The notes: a model not told the origin generated them from the sequence alone. A stretch of 53,665 bases of DNA from Octopus sinensis (GCF_006345805.1 NW_021834020.1:1-53665), one strand, 5' to 3'. Positions 27,266-50,021 are shown, counted from the stretch's first letter. Made by a program: numbers and translations.

Positions 27266-28486
27266 TATATATAGAGGGAAATGGGAGCGTGGTGAATGGT
27301 TGTGTAGATCACAGATCTTAAAAACTTTGTATAAGAGTTGAGGAACTTGTTTCAATCGTTGCCTGGGTCAGTTGACAAATAAGATTCCTCACGTCGGTGG
27401 CTGTGAGCTGGCCGAATCGTTAGCACGCTGGTCGAAATGCTTGGCGGCCTTTTGTCTATCTTCACGTTTTCAGTTCAAATTCCACCGAGATTGACTTTAC
27501 ATTTCATCCTTTCGGGGTCGATAAAATAAGTACTGGTTGAGTGCTGGGGTCGATTTATCTTCTCCTTGAAATTGTCGGCCTTCTGGTAAAATTTGAAATC
27601 AGTATATCTCACGTAGTGATCACCCATTTAATATTACTCTTTACTCTTTTACTTGTTTCAGTCATTTGACTGCGGCCATGCTGGAGCACCGCCTTTAGTC
27701 GAGCAAATCGACCCCGGAACTTATTCTTCGTAACCCCAGTATTTATTCTATCGGTCTCTTTTGCCGAACCGCTAAATCACGGGGACGTAAACACACCAGC
27801 ATCGGTTGTCAAGCAATGCTAGTGGGACAAACACAGACACACAAACACACACATATACATATATACATATATACGAGAGGCTTCTTTCAGTTTCCGTCTA
27901 CCAAATCCACTCACAAGGCATTGTTCGGCCCGGGGCTATAGCAGAAGACACTTGCCCAAGAGGCCACGCAGTGGGACTGAACCCGGAACCATGTGGTTGG
28001 TTAGCAAGCTACTTACCACACTGCCACTCCTGCGCCTATAAATGTTATATGTTGAAGTTGATATAAAGAAGAACGGGAAATATTTTAGAAATATGACAGA
28101 CGAAACTCTTTTCTCAAATAAAAATGTTTTATTTTACAACAATAAAAAGTATAACTGGGTTACAGAGAAAAGAGTAGAAGAGTAAAGTAACCAGAAAGAA
28201 TAGTTACTCTTTGAGATATTCAATTCGGAAATATTTCATTCGAATATATTACATTCGTGCGTCGCGGAGTGTTTCCCATTCGTGCACCACAGAAAGCATA
28301 TTAAATACATGACCGAAAAATATGTGAATGTGTGTGTGTGTGTGTATGGACTTTGGGTGGCGGTGGGGTGAAATATCTTGCATTTCTGAGTTAAAGAACA
28401 ATATATACTGAGGAAGGATAATCTCTGAAGTAAAAAATTTAGCAAGATATCTTTTTCATAATGTGAAATAGACTGAAGCGCCCTCT

Positions 28487-28903
28487 TTAGAATTTTGTTG
28501 AACGTGCCAGAGAGTTAACAGTGTTGCTGCGGTTAGTGTTTTTCGCGTTGTTGTTGTTGTCGCAAGTGTTGTTGTCATTGTATCTATTTAAATTCCAACG
28601 TATTTTTGTGAACGACTTTTCAATCTCAGACAGGCATTTGATGGTATTCACCTTACTATACACTGCATACTTTGGTGGTAGTTGAAGTATCGATATTTCA
28701 TCTGGGTCCGTTGTTACTCCCCCATAGATGTTCGCTTCATTGTCTTTATTGAACTCTTCTGGTAGTAACACATCTTCCATAATAATTCCATTTATTGTAT
28801 CTGGATACTTCTGCTTTTCTTCCTTTGCGTGCTCATATTTTTTTTTTCGATTAGATTTATTATTATTATTACTAATATTGTTGTTATACATACATACAAG
28901 CAT
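28487..28903 (-). mobile_element. Penelope-like ORF N-terminal fragment
   Basis: DEISILQLPPKYAV...EIEKSFTKIRW resembles the PLE N-terminal L-x-L-G/P-P-K-F/Y...K-x-R-W pattern (recalled, not searched). Confidence 0.5.
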
Positions 28904-29381
28904 ATGTACTGATAATAATGGGTGGATGTAAACACATGAACAAAATTAGAACAAAAGCAACAACAACAAAAACAAAATACAAATTACAAGAATGTATATA
29001 AACAGAAGATACAAATATTACAGGCATCCCCCCCACACACACACTAAATAAACATAGACGCACATAGAGATATAAGCATGCGCAAATGAAGACATACAAT
29101 AGAAATACAAAATGGCTGAACGTTAGTAAGGAGAGACACAAATAAGTGAGAAGAAAATAAAGGACCACTGATGCGGTCACAGGAGTGTGACGAAAGAGCT
29201 TTGGCCGAAATAAGATTAAGAGTAATGTAAAAAATAAATATCACTGAAGCAAAATAACACCAAATATATAGTGCGTGTGTTTTTATTGGCTAAACTGGCA
29301 ATATGACCATTCCGAAATATAACAATATCTGTTTCAACACACGACTTCACATAAAAAATCTTGCACAACAAATATTTAAAC

Positions 29382-29445
<64 letters not shown>

Positions 29446-29677
29446 TCTATATATATATATCTATCTATCTATATATATATATATACACACATATATCTAT
29501 ATATATACGTATATATATATACACATCCCTCTCTCTCTATCTATCTATCAATTCTTTCTATCTAATTCTCTCTCTCTGTCTCTCTGTATCTATCTATCTA
29601 CATGAATATGATTATGTATGTACTTACATATGTATGTATGTAAAAATATGCATGTGTGTAGATATGCATGTACTAAC

Positions 29678-29708
<31 letters not shown>

Positions 29709-29809
29709 TGTATGTATGTATGTATGTATGTATGTATGTATGTACGTACGTATGTATGTATGTATTTATGTATGTAAAATTATGTAATTTCTGGAATTGT
29801 ATATGTATT

Positions 29810-36691
<6,882 letters not shown>

Positions 36692-37569
36692 TCCTGAAAA
36701 ATATCCAAGCATACAAGTATACAGCATACATTCGTTTCTGTTTATTTATCTCTCTCTGTCTCTTTCTCTATTTGTCTGAGATTCGAACCCGCGATCCCTC
36801 GACCGCGAGTCCGCTGCTCTAACCACCAGACCGTGGCTTTATACGGAATAAACTGTGTGAATGTACCTGGTGTACGGGTCGCCTACGACCTCAGCAGGGT
36901 TTGAACTCCTAACGTAGAGCCGGAAGAAATGTCGCTACCCACTTCCTCAGTTTAGTATTAAGGAAAGCAAAGGCAGAGTATAATTTGAGAAATAGTGAGG
37001 GAACAGTTAACCATTTGCTCTACAAGGATGATCTGAAGCATTTTTTACTACGAATGAAAAAGAGATTGATTCCTTAATACTGACTATAAGATTCTTCAGC
37101 AAAGATACAGCCATGGAATTTGGCGTAGATATGTGTACAATATTATATTTCTTTACTACCCACAAGGGGCTAAACACAGAGGGGACAAACAAGGACAGAC
37201 AAAGGGATTAAGTCGATTACATTGAACCCAGTGCGTAACTGGTACTTAATTTATCGACCCCGAAAGGATGAAAGGCAAAGTCGACCGCAGCGGATTTTCA
37301 ACTCAGAACGTAGCGGCAGATGAAATGCCTATTTCTTTACTACCCACAAGGGGCTAAACACAGAGGGGACAAACAAGGACAGACAAACGGATTAAGTCGA
37401 TTACATTGACCTCAGTGCAAAACTGGTACTTAATTTATCGACCCCGAAAGGATGAAAGGCAAAGTCGACCTCGGCGGAATTTGAACTCAGAGCGTAACGG
37501 CAGACGAAATACGGTTAAGCATTTCGCCCGATGTGCTATAACGCTTCTGCCAGCTCGCCGCCTTGTGTA

Positions 37570-38070
37570 ATATTAGTCATGAGAAGGAAACAGGTTGTCA
37601 ACAGTGAAGGCATCCATTTAACAGATGGCCAGACGTTAAAATCATAGAAAGGAGGAGAGAGTTATAAGTTTCTAGACGTATTAGAATCTGCCAGAGTACT
37701 ATCTACAGAAATGAAAACGAAAATTGAGAAGGAGTACATCAGAAGGGTGAGGAAGCTATTGAAATCAAAGTAAATGGTTCGAATCTAGCGAAGGACGTAG
37801 ATACTTGGGTCGTATCATTACTTAGATACTCAACAGCTTTTGTAGATTGGGGATAACTGAATTAGCAAAGGTAGACAGAAGAACTAGGAAGGAATTCAAT
37901 ATGAATGGAGGACTCGACCCAAGGGCAAGAATAGCAAGATTATACATACCTAGAAAGGACGGGAGAGGGTTAATATAAGCAGAAGGCTGCGTGGGTTTGC
38001 TCGAGTAGATATAGACTCCTTTATAGGAAATAGTGAAGAAAGTTTATTAAGAGCTGCTAGAGTCGTAAGC
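37570..38070 (+). mobile_element. Decayed non-LTR retrotransposon fragment, R4/Dong-like RT C-terminal part
   Basis: YKFLDVLE..KEYIRRVRKLLKSK..TWVVSLLRYS..VDRRTRK..RLYIPRKDG, with stops and frameshifts. Confidence 0.8.
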
Positions 38071-38339
38071 ATATCATAGAATTATGAAGGCACTTGTACT
38101 GGAAAGGCATATCTGAGGGAATAAGTGGAATTCTAGGGATTAATACAGGTTCACCGCTTGCTTTACCAGTCAAAATTATTACCTCCAAGATTATAATACT
38201 AACTGCTATATTATACATTAGATAATGTAGTCCTAGATACACTATGCCTGAATGAAAGATGGGATGGTCACAGCTGGAACGTCCTTGATAATGGGTCTGT
38301 CTGGATCAGGACTGATCTTGGGCTAAACAACAACAACTT

Positions 38340-39080
38340 TCATTCTTAATATCATTAATTCACTTACCTTTAAGGTTTATGATTGTTACAGAGTTTGTTG
38401 AGGAAGCTTCACTTTTAGTTAAAAATCGACCAACCGGACAAATCTCACTGGAAACAATATCTTCTGCCTTTTAATGTTCCCTTTTCCTAGTCTCGATAAA
38501 CAGGATTTCTATTATCTTCTTCGTTCTGACAATTTAAGAATAAACTCAGGATATTTCACAATTCATTTTGTTTTGCTTTGGTTTCAAAAACATATCTCCT
38601 TAAAACAATATCTCCAGATTTATCTTTTGCACTCCCAATTAAGATAGATGTACAACTTGAACTTTCTTTCCTTCTAACTCCAGGAGTTGTCGCCAGGTTA
38701 TTTCATTTTTTCTTAAACACGTTCTTAAACTCGGAGTCTTCTGCCTTTTAATATTTCTTTTTTTCTAGTTTCGATAAACAGGATTTCTTTTATTCCTTTC
38801 TATTCTCTTCGTTCCGACAATTTAAGAATAAACTCAGGATATTTCACAGTTCAAACTTCAAGAAGATGATATCTCCTTAAAACAATATCTTCAGATTTTT
38901 TACTCTCTTATTAACATAGATGTACAACTTGAACTTTCTTTCCCTCTGACTCTAGAATTTGCCCGCAGGTTATTTCGCTTTTCTCAAATACGTTCGCAAA
39001 CTTGAAGTCTTATATTGTCGTTGCTTTCTTTCCAAAGTACTTTGCTTTCATGATTATTTATAAATTATCAGTTTCACTCT
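38340..39080 (-). other. Diverged copy of the putative first-exon block, nearest to gene B, with an internal ~270-bp duplication
   Basis: Reverse complement of ~13270-13740. Donor AAG|GTAAGT is kept (GT at 38367-38366) but the upstream ATG reads ATA. Confidence 0.5.
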
Positions 39081-39393
39081 CAGCTTCGTTACTTTTCCAA
39101 TCAATGACCGCTTCTATTCACCCGTCTCCGCAACAATACCTCTTGAAACAAGCTGCCTGTATTTATAAGGTTAGCAATACATCGATAGCTTTCGATTAAT
39201 TTGTTTTGCCTTTTGACCTGGATATATCATATTTAATGTTGTTGGATGAAGTGCGGTCAATCATAACAAGCAGAGATTTAAGACCTTGAATTAATGAAGG
39301 CTTGTTCATGTTTGTATTTCGATGTCAAGCGGATATTCATAATGTCTTTCGAGAAAAGTATGGATGTTAACTAACAAACTTCACTGTTAGTAC

Positions 39394-39454
39394 TAAATTG
39401 ACCTTCGATCGATAAATTGACCTTCGATCGATAAATTGACCTTCGATCGATAAA
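39394..39454. repeat. Three perfect tandem 19-mers TAAATTGACCTTCGATCGA
   Basis: Direct reading. Confidence 0.95.
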
Positions 39455-39683
39455 GCTGCTAATAAAATATTAAAGTTGATTCACATTGACGTATCCTACA
39501 AACTTTAAACATATAGGCGCAGGAGTGGCTGTGTGGTAAGTAGCTTGTTTACCAACCACATGGTTCCGTGTTCAGTCCCACTGCGTGGCACCTTGAGCAG
39601 GTGTCTTCTACTATAGCCTCGGGCCGACCAAAGGTTTGCGAGTGGATTTGGTAGACGGAAAATGAAAGAAGCCCGTCGAATAC

Positions 39684-39727
<44 letters not shown>

Positions 39728-39886
39728 TGCAGGAGTGGCTATGTTGTAAGAAGCTCGTTTACCAACCACATGGTTCCGGGTTCAGTCCCACTGCGTGGCA
39801 CCTCGGGCAAGTGTCTCTACTACAGCCTCGGACCGACAAAAGACTTGTGAGTAGATTTGGTAGACGGAAACTGAAAGAAGCCCATC

Positions 39887-39933
<47 letters not shown>

Positions 39934-40542
39934 TGTGTGTGTTTGTGTGTCTTTGTTTGTCCCCCTAGCATTGCATGACAACCGATGCTGGTGTGTTTAT
40001 GTCCTCGTTACTTAGCCGTTCGGCATACGAGAACCGATAGAATAAGTACTGGGCTTACAAAAAGAATAAGTCCCGGGGTCGAGTTGCTCGATCAAAGGTG
40101 GTGCTCCAGCATGGCCGCAGTCATATGACTGAAACAAGTAAAAGAGTATATCACTCGTTAAAAAATAATAATCATGAATAACAAATAAAGTAGAATTAAA
40201 AGTCTAAAATGTTTTTGAAATGAAGGACAAATGAGAAAGGATTTGAGGTAGAGTCAGCAGTTTCAGAGAAGTGTATGACCTCTTAACGGAAGGCAGCTTG
40301 GAAATTTGACATTGAAGGTTGCTGTTGTTTAGCCACAGGTTTCATTGAGCCTCGATTGAGTAGTTCTTTCTCAGTCAGAGAACTGCAGCCATTATCATAC
40401 CATATTCAGACCGTGTGTTATAAGAACCACATTATCCAAACGTTTTTTATAAACGGTGAAGCGTCACGTATGATAAATATTTAGAGGAAATTATATTTTG
40501 AGCAACTGTTCAGAGATTAGTCTCCCTCCTTTGTATGTAATA

Positions 40543-40920
40543 CTAGCAGTATCGCCCGGCGTTGCTCAGGTTTGTAAGGGAAATAACTATAAAGCATTTT
40601 TAGAGAGTTATAGCCCAAAAATAGCAAAAAAATGGAAAAAAAATTATGGTAAATTTTTTTTGAGAGTTAAAAAAGGTCGAGTTGCGTCCCCTAGTCAGTC
40701 TGTGGTTTGTGTTTCTGATTCTCGACCCCATGTCGAATTTATCGATTTTTTTCAGAACTGGGGGAACTTTTCAAATTTTTCGCTGCCTTAGTTTTGAATT
40801 ATGACATTGGCGTGTGTGTCAAGTTTCATCAGAATCGGTTAAAGCAGTGGTCAGGGTGAGGGTACAACCCGACAGACACACAGAAACACACACAGACAAA
40901 CTGCCGTTTATATATAGAGA
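40543..40920 (-). mobile_element. Non-autonomous Helitron-like element
   Basis: Same 3' end as 31290-31355 in reverse orientation; 5' end TCTCTATATATAAA. Confidence 0.7.
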
Positions 40921-40985
40921 GAAGATAATAATGTATGGGGAATATAATACTGTATGCCGTACATTATTTTATTGCTCTTTTATGC

Positions 40986-41383
40986 TTTTACTTGTTTCAG
41001 TCATTTGACTGCGGCCATGCTGGAGCACCGCCTTTAGTGGAGCAAATCTACCCCAGGACTTATTCTTTGTAAGCCTAGTACTTATTCCATCAGTCTCTTT
41101 TGCCGAACCGCTAAGTTACGGGGACATAAACACACCAGCATCGGTTGTCAACCGATCTTGGGGGAACAAGCACAAACACACACATACACACGCACACACA
41201 CATACATATATATATATATATACATATATACGACGGGCTTCTTTCAGTTTTCGTCTACCAAATCCACTCACGAGACTTTGGTCGGCCCGAGGCTATAGTA
41301 GAAGACGCTTGCCCAAGGTGCCACGCAATGGTAATGAACCCGGAACCATGTGGTTGGTAAGCAAGCTACTCACCACACAGCTA

Positions 41384-41440
<57 letters not shown>

Positions 41441-41453
41441 ATATATATATATA

Positions 41454-41497
<44 letters not shown>

Positions 41498-41673
41498 TAT
41501 ATATATATAAACGTACAGAGGGAGACAGATAGACATATAGACAGACAGACAGACAGACAGACAGATGGATAGACATAGATAGATAGATAGATAGATAGAT
41601 TAGATAGATAGATAGGTAGTTAGGTAGGTATGTATGTAGGTAGGTAGGTAGGTAGGTAGGTAGGTAGGTAGAT

Positions 41674-41755
<82 letters not shown>

Positions 41756-41799
41756 AAGATAGATAGAGATACGTTGGTAGGTAGGCAGGTAGGTAGATG

Positions 41800-41887
<88 letters not shown>

Positions 41888-43610
41888 CACCTGCCGCTGG
41901 TGCCACGCAGTGGGACAGAACCCGGAACTATGGGCTTGGAAAGCAAACCTCTTATTGTACAGGAACACCTGCACCTAAAATCAGTGCCATTCCTGTGACG
42001 GGAATGGAACCCGTGGCGCCTGGATAAACAGCCAGGAATCCTAACTTCTATATCCTTAAATATTATTCATTATCTGAAACATAACTATTTTTACTCTGGT
42101 AGAAAACCAGGATTTTTCCTAAGCAAAGATATAAGATTGATTCGATGTTACTTAAGTTTCGTTCTCTCATTTCGTTGAAAACGAAAGTGAAAGTCGAATA
42201 CATAGAGAATACATAGTGGAATTTTAATTCGAGAGAGGCTCATTGATTCTCTCATTCACAGCTCTTTGTCTAAAAATTTCTTTTATGGACGTAAGAAACA
42301 TACGAGACACATAGACGAAGTACAATATCCACCACGGTGGGATTCTAAAGAGAATGTAGAGGGACGTGACTGAATACTAAAGATATTTTATCAGTCGATT
42401 CATGATTTCTACAAATCCATCCCCGTCCTTTCCGTTCTCTGTGGAAATGTGAAATAATAACTGTAAACCGAATGTAACGAAAGCACAAGTCAGCTACAGT
42501 ATTCTAGATTATAGAATTATAAAAACAATTTCAGTAATAATCTCTCTTTATTGATTCATATTATATGCCTCTTGTATGAATAAAATACTTACTCTATCAG
42601 GTCTAGTCAGAAAACCAGACTTGATAGGGAAAAACTGGAGTAAGTTTTGAATTTAGCCGGCAAAATCACTTGGAATTCATTGAAATATTCCAGGCACCAG
42701 ACAAGAAAAAATTTTCCCAGTGTTATTAATTTTAATATTCAACAGCTCGCTAATCCTTATCCTAAGACTTATTACCCTATTTTCATATCTATTTCTTTAT
42801 TTTAAATCTGTCTATCTACATTAAATCCTAAATAACGGCAGAATTCTAAATAAGAACGTTAAGTTTCAAGACAGAGTAGAAAGGATAGTTGATCAGTCGA
42901 TCCATGATTTCTACAAATCCATCTCCGTCCTGTCCATTTTCACTGGAAGTGGGAAATGAAAATGGTAAACCGAGTGTAATAAAAGCACAAGTCAGCCAAT
43001 GTATTTTATATTATAGAATTATAAAAACAATTTCAGTAATTATCTTTTTTCATTCTTAATATTATTAATTCACTTACCTTTAAGGTTCATGACTGTTACA
43101 GGGTTGTTAAGTAAACTTCACTTTTAGTTGCAAAATCGACCAACAAGACGTGTCTCACTGCAAACAATAAGTTTCTGCCTATTAATGTTCCCTTTTCCTA
43201 GTCTCGTTAAACAAGCTTTCTTTTATTTATTCCTATTCTCTTCCTTCTGATAATTTAAGAATAAATTCAGGATATTTCACAGTTCATTTCTTTTTGCATT
43301 GGCTTCGAAAAGACAATGTCTTTAAAACAATATCTCCCGAGTTCTTCCACTCTTTGCTCTTCAGAAGGTAAGTAAATTATCAGTTTTACCCGTAGCTATG
43401 TTAGGTTATCAACAGCAACTGTTTCTATCCATCGATCTTAGCATCTAAACCGCTTGAAAGAAGTCGACTGCGTTTGGATGCATCGTGAGCGAAACGATTT
43501 TATTTTAACTTGGCAATAGATCGATCGCTTTGAAGTTGTAATTTTTACACTAGATAAATTACACTAAATGCCCTCGAAAAACCTGTGGTCAACGAGTACA
43601 GGGAAAGAAT
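40986..43610 (-). repeat. Young inverted copy of the gene A upstream/intron region (~13040-15950)
   Basis: Long near-identical reverse-complement matches, e.g. 14400-14890 vs 41890-42390 and 13430-14400 vs 42390-43350. Donor and ATG are retained at 43077-43090. Confidence 0.85.
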
Positions 43611-43624
43611 CGAAATCCAATTCA

Positions 43625-43936
43625 GTGAATGTAGTGAAGATGAAGATCTTATCTGGTCACCAGCCCCCAGATCTCAATATTATTGAACATTTATGGTGCA
43701 TTATAGAAAAAACAAGTTAGGAGTCGATATCCTCCAGCGTCATCTCTACAAGAACTGGAGACTGTTTTAGCTGAAGCCATTCCATTCGAAATTCCGTTTG
43801 AAGTGATTCAAACTTTGTACGCGTCTATACCTCGTAGAATTCAAGCTGTAATTACTGCCAAAGTTGGTCATACCCCATATTAAAATATATTTGTTTGAAA
43901 TTTTAAGGTGTTTCCATTATTTTTGTCCAACTCCTG
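43625..43936 (+). mobile_element. Tc1 transposon 3' end
   Basis: PDLNIIEHLW...IQTLYASIPRRIQAVITAKVGHTPY* followed by a TIR ending ..TCCAACTCCTG|TA. Confidence 0.9.
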
Positions 43937-45679
43937 TACATATATACATACATAAATACACACATACATGAATACATACACACACATATATATATACACA
44001 CATACATACAAATATACACACACATACATACACACAATCATAAATTCATGAATAGATACACATATACATATATACATACATACATAAATACATACACACA
44101 CATACTTACACACATACATACATAAATACATACAAACACATATATATATATATACACATACATACATGTATATATATATATGTGTGTATATATATATATA
44201 CACAATTACGTACATATATGCACACACATACATCCATATATTCATAAATACATGAATACACACACACACATACATATATACACACATACATACATGAATA
44301 CATACACACACATATATATATATATATACACATACATATATACACACATACGGACACATATTCATACGTACATGAATACACACACACATACATACACACA
44401 TACATACATGAATACATACACACACATATATATATATACACACATACATATATATATATACACATACATACGTACACAAATTCATATATATAGGAATACA
44501 TACACGCACAGATATATATACACACATACATACATACATATATACACACACATACGTACACACATTCATACATACATGAATACATACACACAAATACATA
44601 TACACACATACATACATATATACACACACATCCGTACACACATTCATACATATATGAATACATACACACACACATACATACATACACACACACATACATA
44701 CATACACACACACATTCATATTTACACACATATATATATATACATATATATATATACGCACATACATACATACTTGGGAGCACATTGCGTTACAGTGCGT
44801 CGCTTCATCCCCTATTTCAAAGTGGTTCCTTGGCGGTCGACCCCTTTGTACAATTTAAGCGAGAACCTAAATTAGTCACTTTTTACGAAGCCCAGAAGAA
44901 ACGTTGGGTCTATTCATTGATATGGCAGTCCCTTCACAGCCCTGGGGCAACGGGAAATGCAGTGCCTTGCTCACGGATAACACGAGCCATCCCGTCCAGG
45001 AATCGATCACGTGTTTAGCGAATCGTGAGTGCAAATCCTGACCTCAAAGCCACGCACATTCACTGATGCAAATTCAATTTAAAATTCAATAAAACAATAA
45101 TCATTTTCCCTGATTGTGAGTATCTTATCACTTCTGGATACTAATCGATACTAAGAACATAACTAGATTATACTCCACGGAAAACATGGCTACTTAAGAG
45201 GAAAAAGAAAGAAAATATATTTTAAACAAATAAATCACGGTTGACTACATATTGAATAGACTCAAGGATGTTTATCGCAATCAGCAGCCGGATATTATCA
45301 ATTAATATTTTCAATTTATTCTTTCAAAGTGATTATGCCTCAGCGTTGAAAAGACTTACGAATATTTCGTGTTCGAACTTGTTACTTTTCTTAAATTAAT
45401 GAGGCTTTTTTCCTATCTTTAGAAAGCATTTCATTTGTGATTTTATCATGGCAGATGCATCATTTTAATGAGGATGTGTGTCTGGACGTGTACACGTGTG
45501 TGTGTATATATGCATGTATATATATATATAAAAAAATTAAATTAGAGATAAAACAACTATTAGGCAAATCAAACAGTGAAAAACATAGATATAAAATTAA
45601 TAAATATAATATAAAACATAAAATATAAATTTCAAAATTTAAATTATTTAAATTTAAAGTAAAAAATATAAAATTATTA

Positions 45680-45725
<46 letters not shown>

Positions 45726-45907
45726 TAATATATATATATTTATTTATTTATTTTTATTTTTATTTTTTATATTTCATTTTTTTAACTTTTTATTATTATT
45801 ATTAAATATATAACTATCAAAAAATATATTAAACTTTTTATACATGAATACATACACACACTCATACATATATACATAATACACACCACACACACACACA
45901 CACACAC

Positions 45908-46016
<109 letters not shown>

Positions 46017-46369
46017 ATTCATGCATGTAAGTAGGTTTGTCGTCTATACATATACACGCACAAATACACACGAACGCGTGCACGTGCACACCAACACGCA
46101 CACACACACACAGACACACTCCAAGCTCGCTACCTAATCCTTCATAATAATAATAATCCTTTTCAACTATAGGCACAGGGCCTGAAGATTGGGAAACGAA
46201 GGATAGTCGATTACTTCGACCCCAGTATTCAACTGGTACTTATTTCATCGACCCCGACAGACTAAAAGGCCAAGTCGACCTCGGCGGAATTTGAACTCAC
46301 AACGTAGCGACTGATGAAATATCGCTAAGAATTTTGCCCGGCGTGCTAACGATTCAACCAGCTCACAGA

Positions 46370-47055
46370 GAAAGAGAGAGGGTGGGGTGAATGGTTGTAT
46401 AGATCACAAATCTTAAAAGGTTTGTAGAATCTTTTTTAAGCGTTGGTTCGGTCAGTTGCCAAAAAAGATTGCTTATGGTGGAGTCACACCTTTAACATTA
46501 ATGTTGTGTGTTGTAGTTGATATAGAGAAGAGAAGTGTTTCAGAAACATGATAGACGAGGTTTTTCTTCAGATGAAAATGTTTTATTTAACAACACTAAA
46601 ATAAATAAATGAGTCACAGAGAAAAAATTACAACAGCAAAGAAACAACATAGAATAATCACTCTTTGAATATTACATTCGGAATGCAAATATATAAACTT
46701 GTCTTTGTGTGCAACAGAATGTTTCAGAAAATATATTAAGCATAAGAAGGGAAAAAAATGATGCGAATGTGTATATCTATATATGTGATAAATATTTTGC
46801 ATTTCCGAGCTGAACAATGGTATATGCTAATGAAAAAGATAAACTCTGAAATAAGAAAATTTAACGCCGGTTTTTATATTGTAAAATGTGCCAGAGTGTT
46901 AGCATTGTGGTCAGTTAAAAACGCTACAACGGACAGGTCACTTGATTGATTTCTTACATTACAATGTACCAAAATATTTCGATTCAAATCCGATAATGTA
47001 GTGTCAACAACAACGATCGTGTAGAATATGTGCAACAAAAGTTTCTGCCATCTAA
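46370..47055 (-). repeat. Inverted copy of the gene A 3' flank (23398-24110); an older copy lies 3' of gene B at ~28060-28470
   Basis: Direct sequence match, also visible as the paired spurious ORFs 23588..23863 and 46614..46817. Confidence 0.85.
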
Positions 47056-47080
47056 TAATAATAATAATAATAATAATAAT

Positions 47081-47126
<46 letters not shown>

Positions 47127-47167
47127 TAATAATAATCATAATAATATGATATATAATAATAATAATA

Positions 47168-47218
<51 letters not shown>

Positions 47219-47234
47219 AATTATATATATGTAT

Positions 47235-47935
<701 letters not shown>

Positions 47936-48358
47936 CTATGTATGTATGAATGTGTGTATGTATGTGTGTGTATATGTATATGCGTGTATGTATTCCTGTA
48001 TGTATGAATTTGTGTAGGTATGTGCGTGTATATATGTATGTGTGTATCTTTTCGTGTATGTATGAATGTGTGTATGTATGTGTGTATATATGTATGTATG
48101 TGTGTATATATGTGTGTGTGTGTATTCATGTATGTATGTATGTATGTGTATGTATTCATGTTGTATGAATGTGTGTATGTATGTGTGTGTATATATGCAT
48201 GTATGTGTGCATATATGTATGTGTGTGTATGTATTCATGTATGTATGTGTGTATGTATGTATGTGTGTGTGAATGTATTCATGTATGTATGAATGTGTGT
48301 ATATTTTGATACATATATATGTAAAATATATATATATATTATATATATATTATATTTA

Positions 48359-48398
<40 letters not shown>

Positions 48399-48535
48399 AT
48401 TATATATATGTATATATATGTATATATATATATATATTATATATATATATATTATACATATATATACCTATACATATAATATATTATATATATAATATAT
48501 ATATTATATTATATATATATATATGTATATATATT

Positions 48536-48590
48536 CTAGCAGTAAAGACCCGTCGTTGCCGGTTCATAGTAGTAGTGAATATATATATAT

Positions 48591-48634
<44 letters not shown>

Positions 48635-49787
48635 GTGTGGTGTGTGTGTGTGTGTGTATATTTATGTGTATGTATTACATGTACATCTATATATATATAT
48701 ATATACATCTACACATAAAAACAAAATACAAAGTTATATCTTGATATCACTTGTGATAACAATACGCAAAATACATAAGAGACTGAAATTATTAGCCCGT
48801 CTCTAGTAATTAAGATCTATTGTATCTTGTCCTCCCTATTGTATAGAAGTTTGGCTACAATCCAGCCTACCTCTACTTCAGGGAGGGGGGTGTGGCTTTT
48901 TCAATTTTTTCCGGCACGTCCTACGTCCCAGATAGAAAGGTAAAGATAAAATATTTCCACTTTGTAAGTTCGAGTCGAGTACTCCCTTGCACGCTCCGTT
49001 GACTCGAACCTTTCTTCTATTGTGACGAATTTACCTCCTCTTATTAGATGTGTTTCAGAGTCGCACCAAGACACTTTTCGAAGGTGCCTTCCTCCATGTG
49101 TTCAAATCTTTTTTCTCTACATTGTATACTTTATAGACAATAGTCTTTTATTTAATTTAATTTTTTATTATCCATCTGGACTATTCCATTTCTGCACGCC
49201 AATTTTATATTTAATTTATTCCCATTCATGTGAAACCACTTATTGAAGTTCAAGTCATTGATGCAATTCCATACCAATTGCTATTTTTACTTTTGTTATG
49301 TTACGATTATTTTATACTTTAGTTTGATTTTAATTATTACTTACTACATATAATTCAATTGTTATTAATATTTTTATTGTTAAAGTGAAAGTATCTGACA
49401 TAAAATAGAGAAACGTTTTTGTTTCACTTTTAACTCGTAATACTGAAATAGTGGAGAAGATATGATATTGCTATGGGCTCGCTCTAGGCAAGAAGTTGAA
49501 AATTCCTTTTGCCCATGAAACTACATGGACCCTAAGTAAGGCATGTGTAAAATTTGAATGAAATTGGTTGTGTAGTTCTCAAGTTTTAGGGAATCGTAGT
49601 GGAGAAGATATGATATTGCTGTGGGCTCGCACTAGACAAAAAGTTAAAAACATTTTTTTGCCGATGACACTCCCCGGACCCTAAGTAAGGCATGTGTAAA
49701 ATTTGAATGAAATTGGTTGTGTGGTTCTTAAGTTTTAGGGAAACACACAGACAGACAGACAGACACACATTCTCATATATATAAAGA
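48536..49787 (-). mobile_element. Possible longer Helitron-like element with an internal ~150-bp tandem duplication (49447/49597)
   Basis: TCTTTATATATA start at 49787 and hairpin+CTAG at 48536-48565. The two ends may belong to separate insertions. Confidence 0.4.
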
Positions 49788-49858
49788 ATATATATATATA
49801 TATAATATATATATATATATATCAGTATATAAATATATATACGTTTTATATATATTAT

Positions 49859-49927
<69 letters not shown>

Positions 49928-50021
49928 TATATATCAGTATATAAATATATATACGTTTATATTATACTATATATATATATATATATATATAAATATAAAT
50001 ATATTTATATATTATATATAC

